NCBI GenBank assembly: GCA_017468385.1
Contig: JAFUIQ010000011.1
Span: 1,622-65,621, forward strand
Length of the DNA stretch: 64,000 nt
Direction of reading: 5' to 3'
DNA from: Clostridia bacterium
Lineage (GTDB): Bacteria; Bacillota; Clostridia; Oscillospirales; CAG-272
A program made the position numbers and the translations under genes. Below, piece by piece: positions 24,920 through 34,977 of the stretch. Below the pieces are notes generated by a model that worked only from the letters and a program-made list of their open reading frames with translations, was not told the origin of the DNA and searched no databases. How positions within the stretch are numbered: position 1 is the first letter of the stretch; the number at the start of each line of letters is the position of its first letter.

Positions 24920-26266
24920 TTACATCCGCAACCCTTTCGGATAGTGATTCTTCGCCCGGCCGCCGGAGACTTTTGCGCCGCCCACGGTGCATCCGTCCAC
25001 CGTGACCACGGCCCATCCATTTTTCGCGTCGGTTTCGATTTCCTCGCCGTGGAGATAGCGGGCCAGAGCCTCGCTGTCCGCCGTCAGTTCGATTTTTCGG
25101 CGGAAATCACGGCCCATGGCCATGAAGAACTGATGGTGGGGCTGGATGTAGTTCTTCCGGATCTCCCCGATGGTGACGCCGCAGGCGAAAGCCACGCCTT
25201 TCTCAATCGGCAGATCCGGGGTGAAGTACACGGGGGATCCGTTGTACATCCGCACGTGATCTTTTTCGTAGGTGATCAGTACGTCATCCAGAAACGCCGT
25301 GACAGCGGGATCGATCTTCTCCGTCTTGGCGGGCTTGATGATCCGGGGGGAGGCTTCGCCGGTGTGGTGGAGCACCGCCATGAACTGCCCCTCGCCCCGT
25401 CCCGTGTGGGGATAAAACCGTCTTGCGTAGTGGATATTCTCGCATCGGCATCCGTCGAAGGCGATGCCGTCTGCCGTGTGGGCGCGCACCGCTTCCTTCA
25501 CCGGCACAATCTCGAACTCCGGATGGGCGGTGAGGAACGCATCCACGGTCCTCTCGTTTTCCTCCAGGGAGAAGGTGCAGGTGGCATAAATGATGTATCC
25601 CCCATCCCGCAGAGCGCGGGCGGCGTTGTCCAGAATTTCCGTCTGCCGATCGGCGCACATGGCTACGTTTTCGGGCGTCCACTCGTCGATGGCGATCTCT
25701 TCCTTGCGGAACATGCCCTCACCGGAGCAGGGGGCATCCACCATGATCAGATCAAAAGTGTGGGGGAAGATCTTTGCCAGCCGTTTCGTATCCATGCAGG
25801 TGGTGACGGTGTTGCGCAGTCCCAGCCGCTCGATGTTGCCGGTCAGGATTTTGCAGCGGGATGGAATGATCTCGTTGGACACAAGAATCCCGCCCTCGCC
25901 CAGCTTGTTTTTCAGCTGGGTGCTTTTTCCACCCGGGGCGGCGCACATGTCCAGCACCCACCAGTCGCGATCCACATCGATGCACTCCGCCGGTGCCATG
26001 GCACCCGGCTCCTGCACATAGACCATGCCCGCGTGGTGGTAGGGATGGTTGCCGATCTTCCCATTCAAATAATATCCGCCGGGGACGTAGGGAATGGCCT
26101 CGCCCCCAAAAGCGCCCAGCTTCTCAAAGTCCGCGACGGATATCTTCGCCGTGTTCACCCGGTAGGCTTTTACAGGATCCTCCCGCAGGGCGGCTTCGTA
26201 GGCGGCAAAATCCTCGCCCAGCAGATCCATCATCCGTTCCCGGTAAGCCAAAGGCAGTTCTTTCAT
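24920..26266 (-). CDS. RsmB/RsmF-family rRNA cytosine-C5 methyltransferase (NOL1/NOP2/Sun)
   Basis: The blocks VLDMCAAPGGKSTQL, DAPCSGEGMFRK and YATCT are the SAM-binding and catalytic Cys motifs of this family. Start at MKELPL. Confidence 0.85.
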   Translation of the reverse strand: MKELPLAYRERMMDLLGEDFAAYEAALREDPVKAYRVNTAKISVADFEKLGAFGGEAIPYVPGGYYLNGKIGNHPYHHAGMVYVQEPGAMAPAECIDVDRDWWVLDMCAAPGGKSTQLKNKLGEGGILVSNEIIPSRCKILTGNIERLGLRNTVTTCMDTKRLAKIFPHTFDLIMVDAPCSGEGMFRKEEIAIDEWTPENVAMCADRQTEILDNAARALRDGGYIIYATCTFSLEENERTVDAFLTAHPEFEIVPVKEAVRAHTADGIAFDGCRCENIHYARRFYPHTGRGEGQFMAVLHHTGEASPRIIKPAKTEKIDPAVTAFLDDVLITYEKDHVRMYNGSPVYFTPDLPIEKGVAFACGVTIGEIRKNYIQPHHQFFMAMGRDFRRKIELTADSEALARYLHGEEIETDAKNGWAVVTVDGCTVGGAKVSGGRAKNHYPKGLRM

Positions 26267-27018
26267 GCGTCCTCCTCCGTCAGATGCATCTCCGTGTGGA
26301 GCATGCACATGCCCACCGCTGTGATGGCGGCGGTTTCCGTCCGCAGAATCCGCCGGCCCAGGGAGATGGCACGGCCGCCGGCACGGATGGCGTCCTCAAT
26401 CTCGGATTCGGAGAATCCGCCCTCCGGGCCGATGAGGATACCGACGGACATGCCCGGCCGGATCTCACTCAGCGCGGCGGCGGTGGGGGCCATGCCGTCT
26501 TTATTCTCGTAGGGGACAAGGAACAAGTCCATCTCCCCCGCCAGCGTCATGGCATCCTTGTAGGAGATGGCATCGTGTACTACGGGAATGGCGCTCCGCT
26601 TGCTCTGCTTGGCGGCGCTTTCCGCGATGGCCTGCCAGCGGGCGGTCTTGCTCTTCTTTTTGGAATCGTCCAGCTTGACGATGCAGCGGCTCATGGCCAC
26701 GGGATAGATCCCCTCCACGCCCAATTCCACCGTTTTCTGGATGATCCACTCCATTTTGTCCGCCTTGGGCAGGCCCTGGAACAGATAGATTTTCACGGGG
26801 AGAGATGTATCCCCATAGTTTTCCTCCAGAATTTCCGCCACCGCGGTGTCGGATTCGTATTCTGCCAGGCGGCACAGATACCGAATCCCCTCACAGCTGA
26901 CGATAAAGGAATCGCCCGCCCGCATCCGCAGAACGTTTTTTATGTGATTGAAATCCCCGTCCGTGATGCGGAACGTGTTCTCCGCCCGGCGGGATTCGTC
27001 AACGAAAAAATTATGCAT
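26263..27018 (-). CDS. rsmE: 16S rRNA (uracil1498-N3)-methyltransferase
   Basis: MHNFFVD...FRITDGDFNHIKNVLRMRAGD N-terminus and C-terminal LIGPEGGFSESE..ISLGRRILRTETAA (SPOUT knot). 4-nt overlap with the downstream gene. Confidence 0.9.
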   Translation of the reverse strand: MHNFFVDESRRAENTFRITDGDFNHIKNVLRMRAGDSFIVSCEGIRYLCRLAEYESDTAVAEILEENYGDTSLPVKIYLFQGLPKADKMEWIIQKTVELGVEGIYPVAMSRCIVKLDDSKKKSKTARWQAIAESAAKQSKRSAIPVVHDAISYKDAMTLAGEMDLFLVPYENKDGMAPTAAALSEIRPGMSVGILIGPEGGFSESEIEDAIRAGGRAISLGRRILRTETAAITAVGMCMLHTEMHLTEEDA

Positions 27019-27126
27019 ACCGTACCGTCCTTGTTGATCTGTCAGTATTATAGCAGACAAATTTCCCCTTGGCAATGGTGTGATGGGGCGGATGCGGAAT
27101 TTTTTGAAAAATTACGGCGCACCCAC

Positions 27127-27177
27127 TTGACAGCGTAACAATGTTATGCTATAATTGATACCGTAACAATGTTACGG
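27127..27177 (+). promoter_or_regulatory. Consensus promoter (TTGACA-17 nt-TATAAT) carrying two copies of the palindrome GTAACAATGTTA(C/T)
   Basis: -35 at 27127-27132 and -10 at 27150-27155. Palindrome copy 1 (27135-27147) sits inside the spacer. Copy 2 (CCGTAACAATGTTACGG, 27161-27177) is just downstream of the -10. Confidence 0.75.
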
Positions 27178-27189
27178 AAGGAGATGGCC

Positions 27190-27594
27190 ATGAATCAAGA
27201 TCACTTGATTTCCAAAAAGGATCTGTTGGTACGGTACGGGATTTCCTACGGCGCGTTGTACCGCTGGAAGCGAAAGGGGCTGATTCCCGACGAGTGGTTT
27301 ATCAAAAAATCCACTACAACGGGGCAGGAGACCTTCTTCCCCGAAAAGCTGGTCTGCGAACGGATCGAGATGATCCAGAAAATGAAGGAGGATGTTTTGC
27401 TGGATGAGCTGGCAAAGCAGTTCTCCGGTGAGGAGCGGCGGAATGAAGCGATCCTTCTTAATACCGAATTCGGGGAAAAGAGTTTTCGGTGGTGTGACGT
27501 AAAGGAAATCTTTCTTATGCGAAAAAACGGTGAACGGGTAGATATTACCGCCGCCGTAAAGGAATTGTTGGAAGAAAAGGAAAGGCAGGAGTAA
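27190..27594 (+). CDS. YhbD-like (DUF4004) MerR-type HTH protein
   Basis: [43 protein letters not shown] matches the YhbD/DUF4004 pattern. AAGGAG RBS. ATG 27184 or 27190 are both possible starts. Confidence 0.65.
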   Translation: MNQDHLISKKDLLVRYGISYGALYRWKRKGLIPDEWFIKKSTTTGQETFFPEKLVCERIEMIQKMKEDVLLDELAKQFSGEERRNEAILLNTEFGEKSFRWCDVKEIFLMRKNGERVDITAAVKELLEEKERQE

Positions 27595-27596
27595 GT

Positions 27597-28331
27597 ATGC
27601 AGCTGGCAGGAAGCGGTGTGATTCCCGCAGGGGAATATAACGAGAAAATATCCATCAGCGGAAGCGGAAGAATCCAGGGAAATGTGCGTTGTACGGCACT
27701 TTCCGTGGCAGGTTCCGCATCAGCGCAGGGCAGTGTTTGGTGTGAGGAGGATATGAAAGCGTCCGGCTCTGCCCGGATGGAGCATTCGCTGCACGCAAAG
27801 AACGTGCACGTCAGCGGTTCGTGCCATGTGGGCGAGGACTGCACGGCGGAGGAGACGATCAAAGCGGCGGGATCTTTTCGCTGCGGCGGCAACGTCCGGT
27901 GCCACACACTGCGGGCGGCAGGCAATATGCAGGCCAGCAGCGTGGAAGCGGAGGATGTAAAAATCTCCGGCGGCATCGACTGCGCGGGGCTTTTGAACGC
28001 GGAGCGGATCGAGATCCGGATCGAGCGGGCCTCCAGCCGCGTGGGCAGTATCGGCGGCAGCGATATCAAAATATACAGCGAAGGGGCTGTGGGTAAGATT
28101 GTCCGTATGCCTCTTCTGGCCAAAATGCTCGGGGGCGGCATGGGCGGTGTGGATGTGGCGGAATCCATCGAGGGCGATACCATCGCCATTGAACGGGTAA
28201 GCGCTCCGCTGGTCGTAGGCCGAATCGTGGCTGTCGGTGCGGATTGCTGTGTGGATTTGGTCCAGTACAGCGAAACGATCGAGATCCATCCCGACGCCAA
28301 GGTAGGCAGATACGAGAAAATCGGGGGATAA
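27597..28331 (+). CDS. Bactofilin-like polymer-forming cytoskeletal protein (YhbE/YhbF-like)
   Basis: Repetitive beta-helix-type pattern (ISISGSGRIQGNVRC..LSVAGSASAQGSVWC..). Starts 2 nt after the YhbD-like gene. Confidence 0.7.
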   Translation: MQLAGSGVIPAGEYNEKISISGSGRIQGNVRCTALSVAGSASAQGSVWCEEDMKASGSARMEHSLHAKNVHVSGSCHVGEDCTAEETIKAAGSFRCGGNVRCHTLRAAGNMQASSVEAEDVKISGGIDCAGLLNAERIEIRIERASSRVGSIGGSDIKIYSEGAVGKIVRMPLLAKMLGGGMGGVDVAESIEGDTIAIERVSAPLVVGRIVAVGADCCVDLVQYSETIEIHPDAKVGRYEKIGG

Positions 28332-28454
28332 TATATCCCGACCGTGCGGGTCGAGTTCCGGTTTTCCCCTGTAAGCGGTATATGGGTAACGGATCTGGTG
28401 CACGAAAAATAAAAACGCCGGCACGTATATTGTGCCGGCGTTTTTTGCTGTTGC

Positions 28455-29609
28455 TTATTCTTTTATCCCCGTTTTCTTTCGTGTTTCAGCCCATGTGTCA
28501 CTCATGACCTTGGCTTCCGCTACGATCTGAACAAACCGCTGATCCTCGCGAACGGAGTTAAACCATTCCCAGCCGCGGCGGATGGTCAGCAGATTGTAAA
28601 GATAGTGTGGGTTCTGCATATAGTAGCTTTCCGCATCCATCTCCACGGAGAAGGTATCGCATAAACCGGCTACCATATGTTTTGTCACTGTGATATCCCC
28701 AAAAAATCCGGGGGCGCCCAAGGAAAGCGGTACATCATCAGGCAGAGAAAAGGTCTTTTTGTAGGCGGCTATGGCCTCGTCCAGCATGGCAAATCCTTCG
28801 TCGATTTTGCCCGCGCCAAACAGAGCTGCCGCGTTTCGCATGGTGATAAAGGCGTACTTGCCTATCCATCCGTCCGGAATCTCGCCGTTTTCGCCGAAGG
28901 TGCGGATTACCTTCCGCAGGTATTCATTGTGCCCGATGGAAATATTCGGGTTTCCCATATGGGTGACCGGTCTTGCGATTACATGGAGCATCAGGCTCAG
29001 GTTGTTTTTGTGCATCTGAGGGCGCATTTCCTCATATTTTCCTTGGTTCAAAAGCCGTTCCTCATAGATTTCGCCGCGGGTGTATCCGTAATTTTTGGGA
29101 TTCATGTCCAGCCAGCGGTCTGCTTCGCTGTCATCGGCGTAGCGGCTCATGGCGGCTATGGCGCGGAAACGAATGTTGTTGTCAGTGCAGTGTTCGATGA
29201 TTCTCTCCGCCGCTTCCCGCATAAGAGCAAAGTGTTTCGGCGTCTCGGCAAAGCCCCAGCCCGAGATGACCGTTATCAGGGTGTCGGCGATGTCATGTGC
29301 ATTGGGGTATTTACGGTAGTATTCCGTGGCAAGAGCCAGTTTTTCCCGCGCGTCCAGTTCCCGGAGGGTTTTGTAAAACTTTTCAATATCTGCCTGTACG
29401 CCCATTTCGTCATTACCCATCAGTTCGTCGATGGTGATGCCGAGGGCATGAGAAAGTCCGGGCAGAAGGGTGATATCCGGGTAACCGCAATTTCGCTCCC
29501 AGCCAGAAACTGCCTGCGGGGATACACCGATCTGGTTTGCCAGGTCTTCCTGGGTCATGTCGTTCTTTTTTCTGTAGTGTTGGATTTTTTCACCGATAAG
29601 AAGTTTCAT
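28455..29609 (-). CDS. XRE-family HTH regulator with a large helical (TPR-like) C-terminal domain
   Basis: IQHYRKKNDMTQEDLANQIGVSPQAVSGWERNCGYPDITLLPGLSHALGITIDELMG. Confidence 0.8.
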   Translation of the reverse strand: MKLLIGEKIQHYRKKNDMTQEDLANQIGVSPQAVSGWERNCGYPDITLLPGLSHALGITIDELMGNDEMGVQADIEKFYKTLRELDAREKLALATEYYRKYPNAHDIADTLITVISGWGFAETPKHFALMREAAERIIEHCTDNNIRFRAIAAMSRYADDSEADRWLDMNPKNYGYTRGEIYEERLLNQGKYEEMRPQMHKNNLSLMLHVIARPVTHMGNPNISIGHNEYLRKVIRTFGENGEIPDGWIGKYAFITMRNAAALFGAGKIDEGFAMLDEAIAAYKKTFSLPDDVPLSLGAPGFFGDITVTKHMVAGLCDTFSVEMDAESYYMQNPHYLYNLLTIRRGWEWFNSVREDQRFVQIVAEAKVMSDTWAETRKKTGIKE

Positions 29610-29794
29610 ATGCTTATCTCCTTAAAGAGGTATCGCGGGCCCTCGATCCGATTTCATTATAGATGCTTTATTCCCGCTCGTCAATAACGGCTCTCTGTAG
29701 AAGGACTAAAGGATTTCTTTATTTAATACGGGATTTCTTTATATCTGGTGCAAAAAGAGGAGCTGATGTATTTGGATACAGCAGCTCCTTTCCT

Positions 29795-31210
29795 TTACTC
29801 CGTTTCCCGATAAGCGTCCCAGGCGGGCTTCTTTTCGGCCAACTCGTCGGAATCCGGCTTCCGCCGCCACAGGCCCAGATTGAGTCCTCCCTCGTCCACG
29901 TTATCCGTGTGAGAATAGTAGATGAAGGCATCGATTTCGGGAATCTCCCCCGCTTTTCTGTATGCCCGCACCAGAGCCTCTTTTTGGATTGCCTCACCCG
30001 CTGCGGTAAAGTTGGAATGGAATCCCGCCTCGGAGAAGATCATCCGCCGGGATTTGCCTTCCAGGAGCAGGGGCGACTGGGCCAGGAAATCCCGCAGGAC
30101 CTCTGGATTCTTCATGGTGATAAAGGGGGTGTCGGGGGAATCGGTCACATTCTCCTCATTCCAGAAATCTGCCCGGGCGGGATCGGCGGAGTAGGGATGA
30201 TAGGCGATGTGGAAGGGAATCTCCCCCTCCCGGGTCGCGTAGGATACCACGGACGCGAGCAGATCCCGTCCGGGATAGAACCGGCGGGGCTCCTCCTCCA
30301 TGGGGCGTGCCCAGTGATGATCCAGCGACACATAGATGCGGATGTTTTTCCAGATCACGGAGGCGCACTGCCATGCGATCCGCAAGGCGGATGTGTACAT
30401 CTCCGCGAAGACGTGCATCTCGCACTCGCCCACGTTGGCCCAGATCCAGGGAGTGTTGACCTCGTTGCCCACGATCATGCCGGTGATGTTGCCGTACATC
30501 CCGTCCTCCCGGGTATACCGGTCGGCCAGGAAGGATACGAACGCCCGATAGTAGGCGCATCCCTCCTCCCGGAAAGTGTCAAAGAGGGAAGCGGCCCCCT
30601 CCTCCTCAAAACCGGGATGGCGGATCTTCTCCCAGAAATCCTCGCCCACCTGGGTCAGCCAGCTTTGGCAGTTGAGCAGGATCAGATTTACATTCACGCC
30701 CGCCTCAGACAGGGGCTTGATACAGCTGTCCGTATATTCTGCCGCCCGGCGGCGGATGTAATAATCCTTTCCCTCAAAGCGGTAATAGAGGGTGTTTCCT
30801 CCGTCGGGATATTCCATCATGAAATCTCCCAGATTCACGCTCAAAGCGGCATGACGGATGCCCAATGCCAGCGCATCCTCCGTCAGCGTGACCTGCAGTC
30901 CCTTTTTGGAGGTCTGCTCGGGGTAGGGATAATCATAGCGGGCGGGGAGGATCTCCTCCACGTATTTCTTGCCCGCCACCTCGCCGTTTTTGTCCGCGGT
31001 CACGTAACAGAAGGTGATGCCGTCCCGGCCGGCGATGCGGCGGGATACGGAAAAAGAATCCCCGGAAACACTCAGGGAGAGGGAACAGATCTCCACCTCT
31101 TCCCCCAGGGCGGGGGAGTACATGGACACCCGCAGTTTTTCCCCGGTGACGGGGGCATCCAATGTAAAACGGATTTCCTCCCCGGTGGCGGTAATGCGCG
31201 TGATTTTCAT
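29795..31210 (-). CDS. Putative glycoside-hydrolase-like TIM-barrel protein (DUF5722-like, tentative)
   Basis: Start at MKITRIT (ATG 31210, 9 nt after AAGGAG). The family assignment is from general resemblance only. Confidence 0.5.
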   Translation of the reverse strand: MKITRITATGEEIRFTLDAPVTGEKLRVSMYSPALGEEVEICSLSLSVSGDSFSVSRRIAGRDGITFCYVTADKNGEVAGKKYVEEILPARYDYPYPEQTSKKGLQVTLTEDALALGIRHAALSVNLGDFMMEYPDGGNTLYYRFEGKDYYIRRRAAEYTDSCIKPLSEAGVNVNLILLNCQSWLTQVGEDFWEKIRHPGFEEEGAASLFDTFREEGCAYYRAFVSFLADRYTREDGMYGNITGMIVGNEVNTPWIWANVGECEMHVFAEMYTSALRIAWQCASVIWKNIRIYVSLDHHWARPMEEEPRRFYPGRDLLASVVSYATREGEIPFHIAYHPYSADPARADFWNEENVTDSPDTPFITMKNPEVLRDFLAQSPLLLEGKSRRMIFSEAGFHSNFTAAGEAIQKEALVRAYRKAGEIPEIDAFIYYSHTDNVDEGGLNLGLWRRKPDSDELAEKKPAWDAYRETE

Positions 31211-31407
31211 AAATCCCATCTCCTTTTGGCCGTTGTTTTCTGTATTGTAATATAATTCGCCCCCGATGTCAAGTTGCGGCGAAATCTCCCGGGGGAAATC
31301 CGCTGTTTTGCCCCCCAAGTTTCGCGCAAAGAATTGACATTTGCGTCTGTATTATGTATAATTTACTCTGAAGTATTAGATGCTTTTTGCCATCATGGAG
31401 ATTTGTT

Positions 31408-32778
31408 ATGACATTTTCCAGCGCATCGTTCCTGTTTTTGTTTTTGCCCATCGTATTTTTATTGTATCTGATCTCCCCCTCGCTGCGGCTGAAAAACGGT
31501 TTGCTGGCCGCTGTCAGCGTATTTTTCTACGCCTTCGGCGAGCCTGTATATGTAATTCTTCTTCTGGTATCTGTCGTGCTGAACTATGTGTTTGCCCGTC
31601 TGGTGGACCGTACCCACAGCAAGTGGATCCTCGGTGTGTCCGTGGTTTTGAATCTACTTATGCTGGGCGTGTTCAAGTATGCGGCCCTCGCGGTGGATGC
31701 GGTGAATCTGATCCCCGGCATGTCGCTGACGGTGCCTGCCATCGCTTTGCCCATCGGTATCTCCTTCTATACATTCCAGATCCTTTCCTATGTGGTGGAC
31801 GTGTACCGGGGAGACGCCAGGGTGCAGACCAATGTGGTGGATCTTCTTCTGTATATTTCGTTTTTCCCGCAGCTGATTGCGGGCCCCATCGTCAAATATC
31901 ATGATATCGATCAGCAGATCGCGTGTCGGTCGATGACGGCGGAGGGCTGTGCCCGGGGTATCCGCCGCTTCGTTCTGGGATTGGCCAAGAAGCTGCTTCT
32001 GGCCAACGCCTGCGGACTGATCGCCGATACCGCCTTCGGCGCGGAGCATCCCGGCACGGCTCTGGCCTGGCTGGGTGCCGTGGCATACTGCCTGCAGATC
32101 TATCACGACTTTTCCGCCTATTCGGATATGGCCATCGGCCTCGGTGCCATGTTCGGCTTTGCAATTCCCGAAAACTTCCGTTATCCGTACATATCGGGCA
32201 GCGTGCAGGAGTTCTGGCGCCGGTGGCACATCTCCCTCTCCACCTGGTTTAAGGAATATCTGTACATTCCGCTGGGGGGCAACCGGAAAGGACGTGCCCG
32301 GAAACTGCTCAATAAGACCATCGTGTTCTTTTCCACCGGCCTGTGGCACGGTGCCAGTCTCAGTTTTATCCTGTGGGGATTGTGGCACGGCGCGTTCCTC
32401 ATTCTGGAGGATTTTGTCAAGCCCAAGAGCAAAAAATGGCTGTCCGTTCTGTGGTGGCCGGTTACCTTGTTTGCCGTTTTGTTCGGATTTGTTTTGTTCC
32501 GCGCGGAATCTCTGTCCGCCGCCGTGGCCTATCTGGGGGCTATGTTTAGTGCCGCACCCATCACATCCGCCTTTGCATCCTGCGTGGAGGGATACGATCT
32601 GGCCATGCTGGCCATCGCGGCCATCTTCTCCTTGCCGGTGATTCCCTGGCTGAGGGAGCGCATGGGAAACCGGACCTCCGAGATCGTGGGATATACCGCC
32701 AGCCTGCTTTTGTTTGCGGTGTGCGTGATCTCACTCTCTTCCACTACGTTTAATCCGTTTATCTATTTCCGCTTCTGA
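31408..32778 (+). CDS. MBOAT-family membrane O-acyltransferase (AlgI/DltB/PatA-like)
   Basis: Start at MTFSSASFLFLFLP. Polytopic. Conserved blocks FWRRWHISLSTWFKEYLYIPLGGNR and GLWHGASLSFILWGLWHGA include the catalytic His region. Confidence 0.9.
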   Translation: MTFSSASFLFLFLPIVFLLYLISPSLRLKNGLLAAVSVFFYAFGEPVYVILLLVSVVLNYVFARLVDRTHSKWILGVSVVLNLLMLGVFKYAALAVDAVNLIPGMSLTVPAIALPIGISFYTFQILSYVVDVYRGDARVQTNVVDLLLYISFFPQLIAGPIVKYHDIDQQIACRSMTAEGCARGIRRFVLGLAKKLLLANACGLIADTAFGAEHPGTALAWLGAVAYCLQIYHDFSAYSDMAIGLGAMFGFAIPENFRYPYISGSVQEFWRRWHISLSTWFKEYLYIPLGGNRKGRARKLLNKTIVFFSTGLWHGASLSFILWGLWHGAFLILEDFVKPKSKKWLSVLWWPVTLFAVLFGFVLFRAESLSAAVAYLGAMFSAAPITSAFASCVEGYDLAMLAIAAIFSLPVIPWLRERMGNRTSEIVGYTASLLLFAVCVISLSSTTFNPFIYFRF

Positions 32779-32786
32779 GGGACGAA

Positions 32787-33869
32787 ATGAAAAAACTGTT
32801 TCCGATTTTATATTGCAGCGTGTTTATCGCGCTGTGCCTGGTCCTTGGCCTGGGCGCATTCCTTATCCCGGTGGATGCAGATGCGGAGGGGCGGGATCTG
32901 GCGCCCTTTCCGCCCTTTGTGACGGAGGGGAAGTTCAACACCGATTTCTTCAACGAATTTGACGCCTGGCTCACGGATCATTTCACCGCCCGCCAGTTCT
33001 TCATCAATCAGAACAGCGCGGTGATGGAAAACGTCTTCCATACGGGAAGCGATCAGGTGATCGTGGGCGAGGACGGATTTCTGTTCTATAACGCCACCAC
33101 CGCCGACTACTGCGGGGAGAGTATCCTGACCGGGGAGGAGATCGACGCCATTGCCGATTCGCTGGCGCAGATGTCCGAAAAGGCCGCCGGCTACGGCGCG
33201 AAGCTGATCGTGGCGGTGGCTCCCAACAAGAACACCGTCTACGGGGAGTACATGCCAGCCGCCTATCGGGCGGTCCGCGAAAACGCTGCCCATGTGTCCA
33301 ATATGGATCTTCTGTACGAGGCACTGGCGGAGCGGGGGATTCTATATGCGGATCTGCGGCCCTGTCTGACGGATGCCGATCCGCTGAATTATCACAAGCG
33401 GGATACCCACTGGAACGGCGCCGGGGCTCTGGCGGCGTACAACACCATTCTGGATGCGCTGGAGATCCCCCATGAGAATTACGCATCCTATCCCCTTGTT
33501 CATACCGCGGATTTCCCCGGCGATCTGGACGGAATGCTTTATCCGGGAGCGGGAAAAACGGACGACAATTATATGCCGGATTACGATTTTTCCTCCGCCT
33601 TTGTGTATACATCCGCCGGGAATTCTCCCATGGATATGACGATCACCACCCGCGGAGGCGGGCAGGGCAGCCTGCTTGTGTTCCGCGACTCCTTCGGATC
33701 TGCCATGATCCCCTATTTTTCCGCATCGTTCCGGGATGTGCGCTACGAGCGCGCCATGCCCTACCGCGTCGATCTGCTGGCACGATATCCGGCGGATGCG
33801 GTGATTATTGAAATTGCCGAGCGGAATATTCCGCTTCTGATACCCGATGCCGCCTCCATCGACGGCTGA
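32787..33869 (+). CDS. AlgX/AlgJ-like (SGNH-like, DHHW-related) extracytoplasmic acyltransferase partner
   Basis: N-terminal TM helix. The HKRDTHWNGAGA motif matches the D-x-H-W block of AlgJ/AlgX-type proteins. 8-nt gap after the MBOAT gene. Confidence 0.7.
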   Translation: MKKLFPILYCSVFIALCLVLGLGAFLIPVDADAEGRDLAPFPPFVTEGKFNTDFFNEFDAWLTDHFTARQFFINQNSAVMENVFHTGSDQVIVGEDGFLFYNATTADYCGESILTGEEIDAIADSLAQMSEKAAGYGAKLIVAVAPNKNTVYGEYMPAAYRAVRENAAHVSNMDLLYEALAERGILYADLRPCLTDADPLNYHKRDTHWNGAGALAAYNTILDALEIPHENYASYPLVHTADFPGDLDGMLYPGAGKTDDNYMPDYDFSSAFVYTSAGNSPMDMTITTRGGGQGSLLVFRDSFGSAMIPYFSASFRDVRYERAMPYRVDLLARYPADAVIIEIAERNIPLLIPDAASIDG

Positions 33870-33879
33870 TAAGGAGGTT

Positions 33880-34977
33880 ATGATCTTGCCGAAATACATC
33901 CGGCGTGCCGCCGCTGTCCTTGCGCTGGGCGCATTGCTTCTGCCTTTGAGCGGATGCGCTACCCGCGCCAACGGCGGATACTACTACGAAAATCACAGTT
34001 TCCGGAATTTTGACATCCGTTCCCTGCAGGGGAACGCAGAGGATGCCGCACTGACGGATACGGACAATATTTCCCTCATTTCCTCGGATAAATCGTCCGC
34101 GGGCACCACCGTTAAAACAGCGGAGGAAGTGTTTCATCGGGCCACCGTGTCCGATGCGATGCTGAACGTCTATGTGAGCCCCACCCGCTCCAGCCGCGTG
34201 GCCATGAATCTGGGTGTGGGCGAGGAAATCGAGCTGGCGTATTATAACGACGCCTTTCTGCAGGTGAAGAAGCAGGGCGTTCTGCTCGGATACTGTGAGC
34301 CGGGCAATACCTACAGCGGCATCTGGGACAACTACTTCGGCTTTCTGCCCGAGGAAGCCGGCATGGCCAAGAATAAGAACAGCGAGCTGGTGCCCGCCAC
34401 CTCCAAACTGGTGGATGTGCGCCTGTACACCGATAAGCTGGAAATCAAAATGAAGCTGGCCACCAACGGCACCTCTATCGGTGAGCCCTTCTATCACCGC
34501 AACCTCTGCATGCTGCAGGAGGATACCCTGGTGAAGCTGATGGACGCCATCAAACTGTTTGAGGCGGACGGATACAAGATTGTTATTTACGATGCGTACC
34601 GCCCCACCAGCGTACAGCAGAGATGGTTTGACGTGGTCCGCGTCCATAAATGGGTGGCGGATCCCTCCATCGGCATGGGCGGCATCCATGACCGCGGCGT
34701 GGCGGTGGATATGACGCTTATGGATAAAAACGGGGTGGAATTGGATATGCCTACGGCCATGCATACCTTTACGGATGCAGCCAGCCGCTGGTCCAAGATG
34801 ACGTCCACCCAAAGAAAAAACGTGGACTACATGACGGACATCATGACCCGGTGCGGATTCACCTACATCAATTCCGAGTGGTGGCATTTCCAGGACAGCC
34901 TGATTGAAAATTACCTGCCCACCGATCATCCCATCGATGAGATCCCGCTGGTATACATGGAAAGGAGCGGTTCATGA
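33880..34977 (+). CDS. Lipoprotein with SH3b-like N-domain and VanX-type (M15D) D-Ala-D-Ala dipeptidase domain
   Basis: AAGGAGG RBS and lipobox LSGC. YDAYRPTSVQ, HDRGVAVDMTL (HxxGxAxD) and EWWHFQD are the VanX/DdpX zinc-site motifs. Confidence 0.8.
   Translation: MILPKYIRRAAAVLALGALLLPLSGCATRANGGYYYENHSFRNFDIRSLQGNAEDAALTDTDNISLISSDKSSAGTTVKTAEEVFHRATVSDAMLNVYVSPTRSSRVAMNLGVGEEIELAYYNDAFLQVKKQGVLLGYCEPGNTYSGIWDNYFGFLPEEAGMAKNKNSELVPATSKLVDVRLYTDKLEIKMKLATNGTSIGEPFYHRNLCMLQEDTLVKLMDAIKLFEADGYKIVIYDAYRPTSVQQRWFDVVRVHKWVADPSIGMGGIHDRGVAVDMTLMDKNGVELDMPTAMHTFTDAASRWSKMTSTQRKNVDYMTDIMTRCGFTYINSEWWHFQDSLIENYLPTDHPIDEIPLVYMERSGS

Noticed and set aside
24911-27138. 533-aa and 381-aa plus-strand ORFs (24911-26512 and 25993-27138)
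   Set aside because: They are antisense to the RsmF-like and rsmE genes, whose SAM-binding and SPOUT motifs are on the minus strand.
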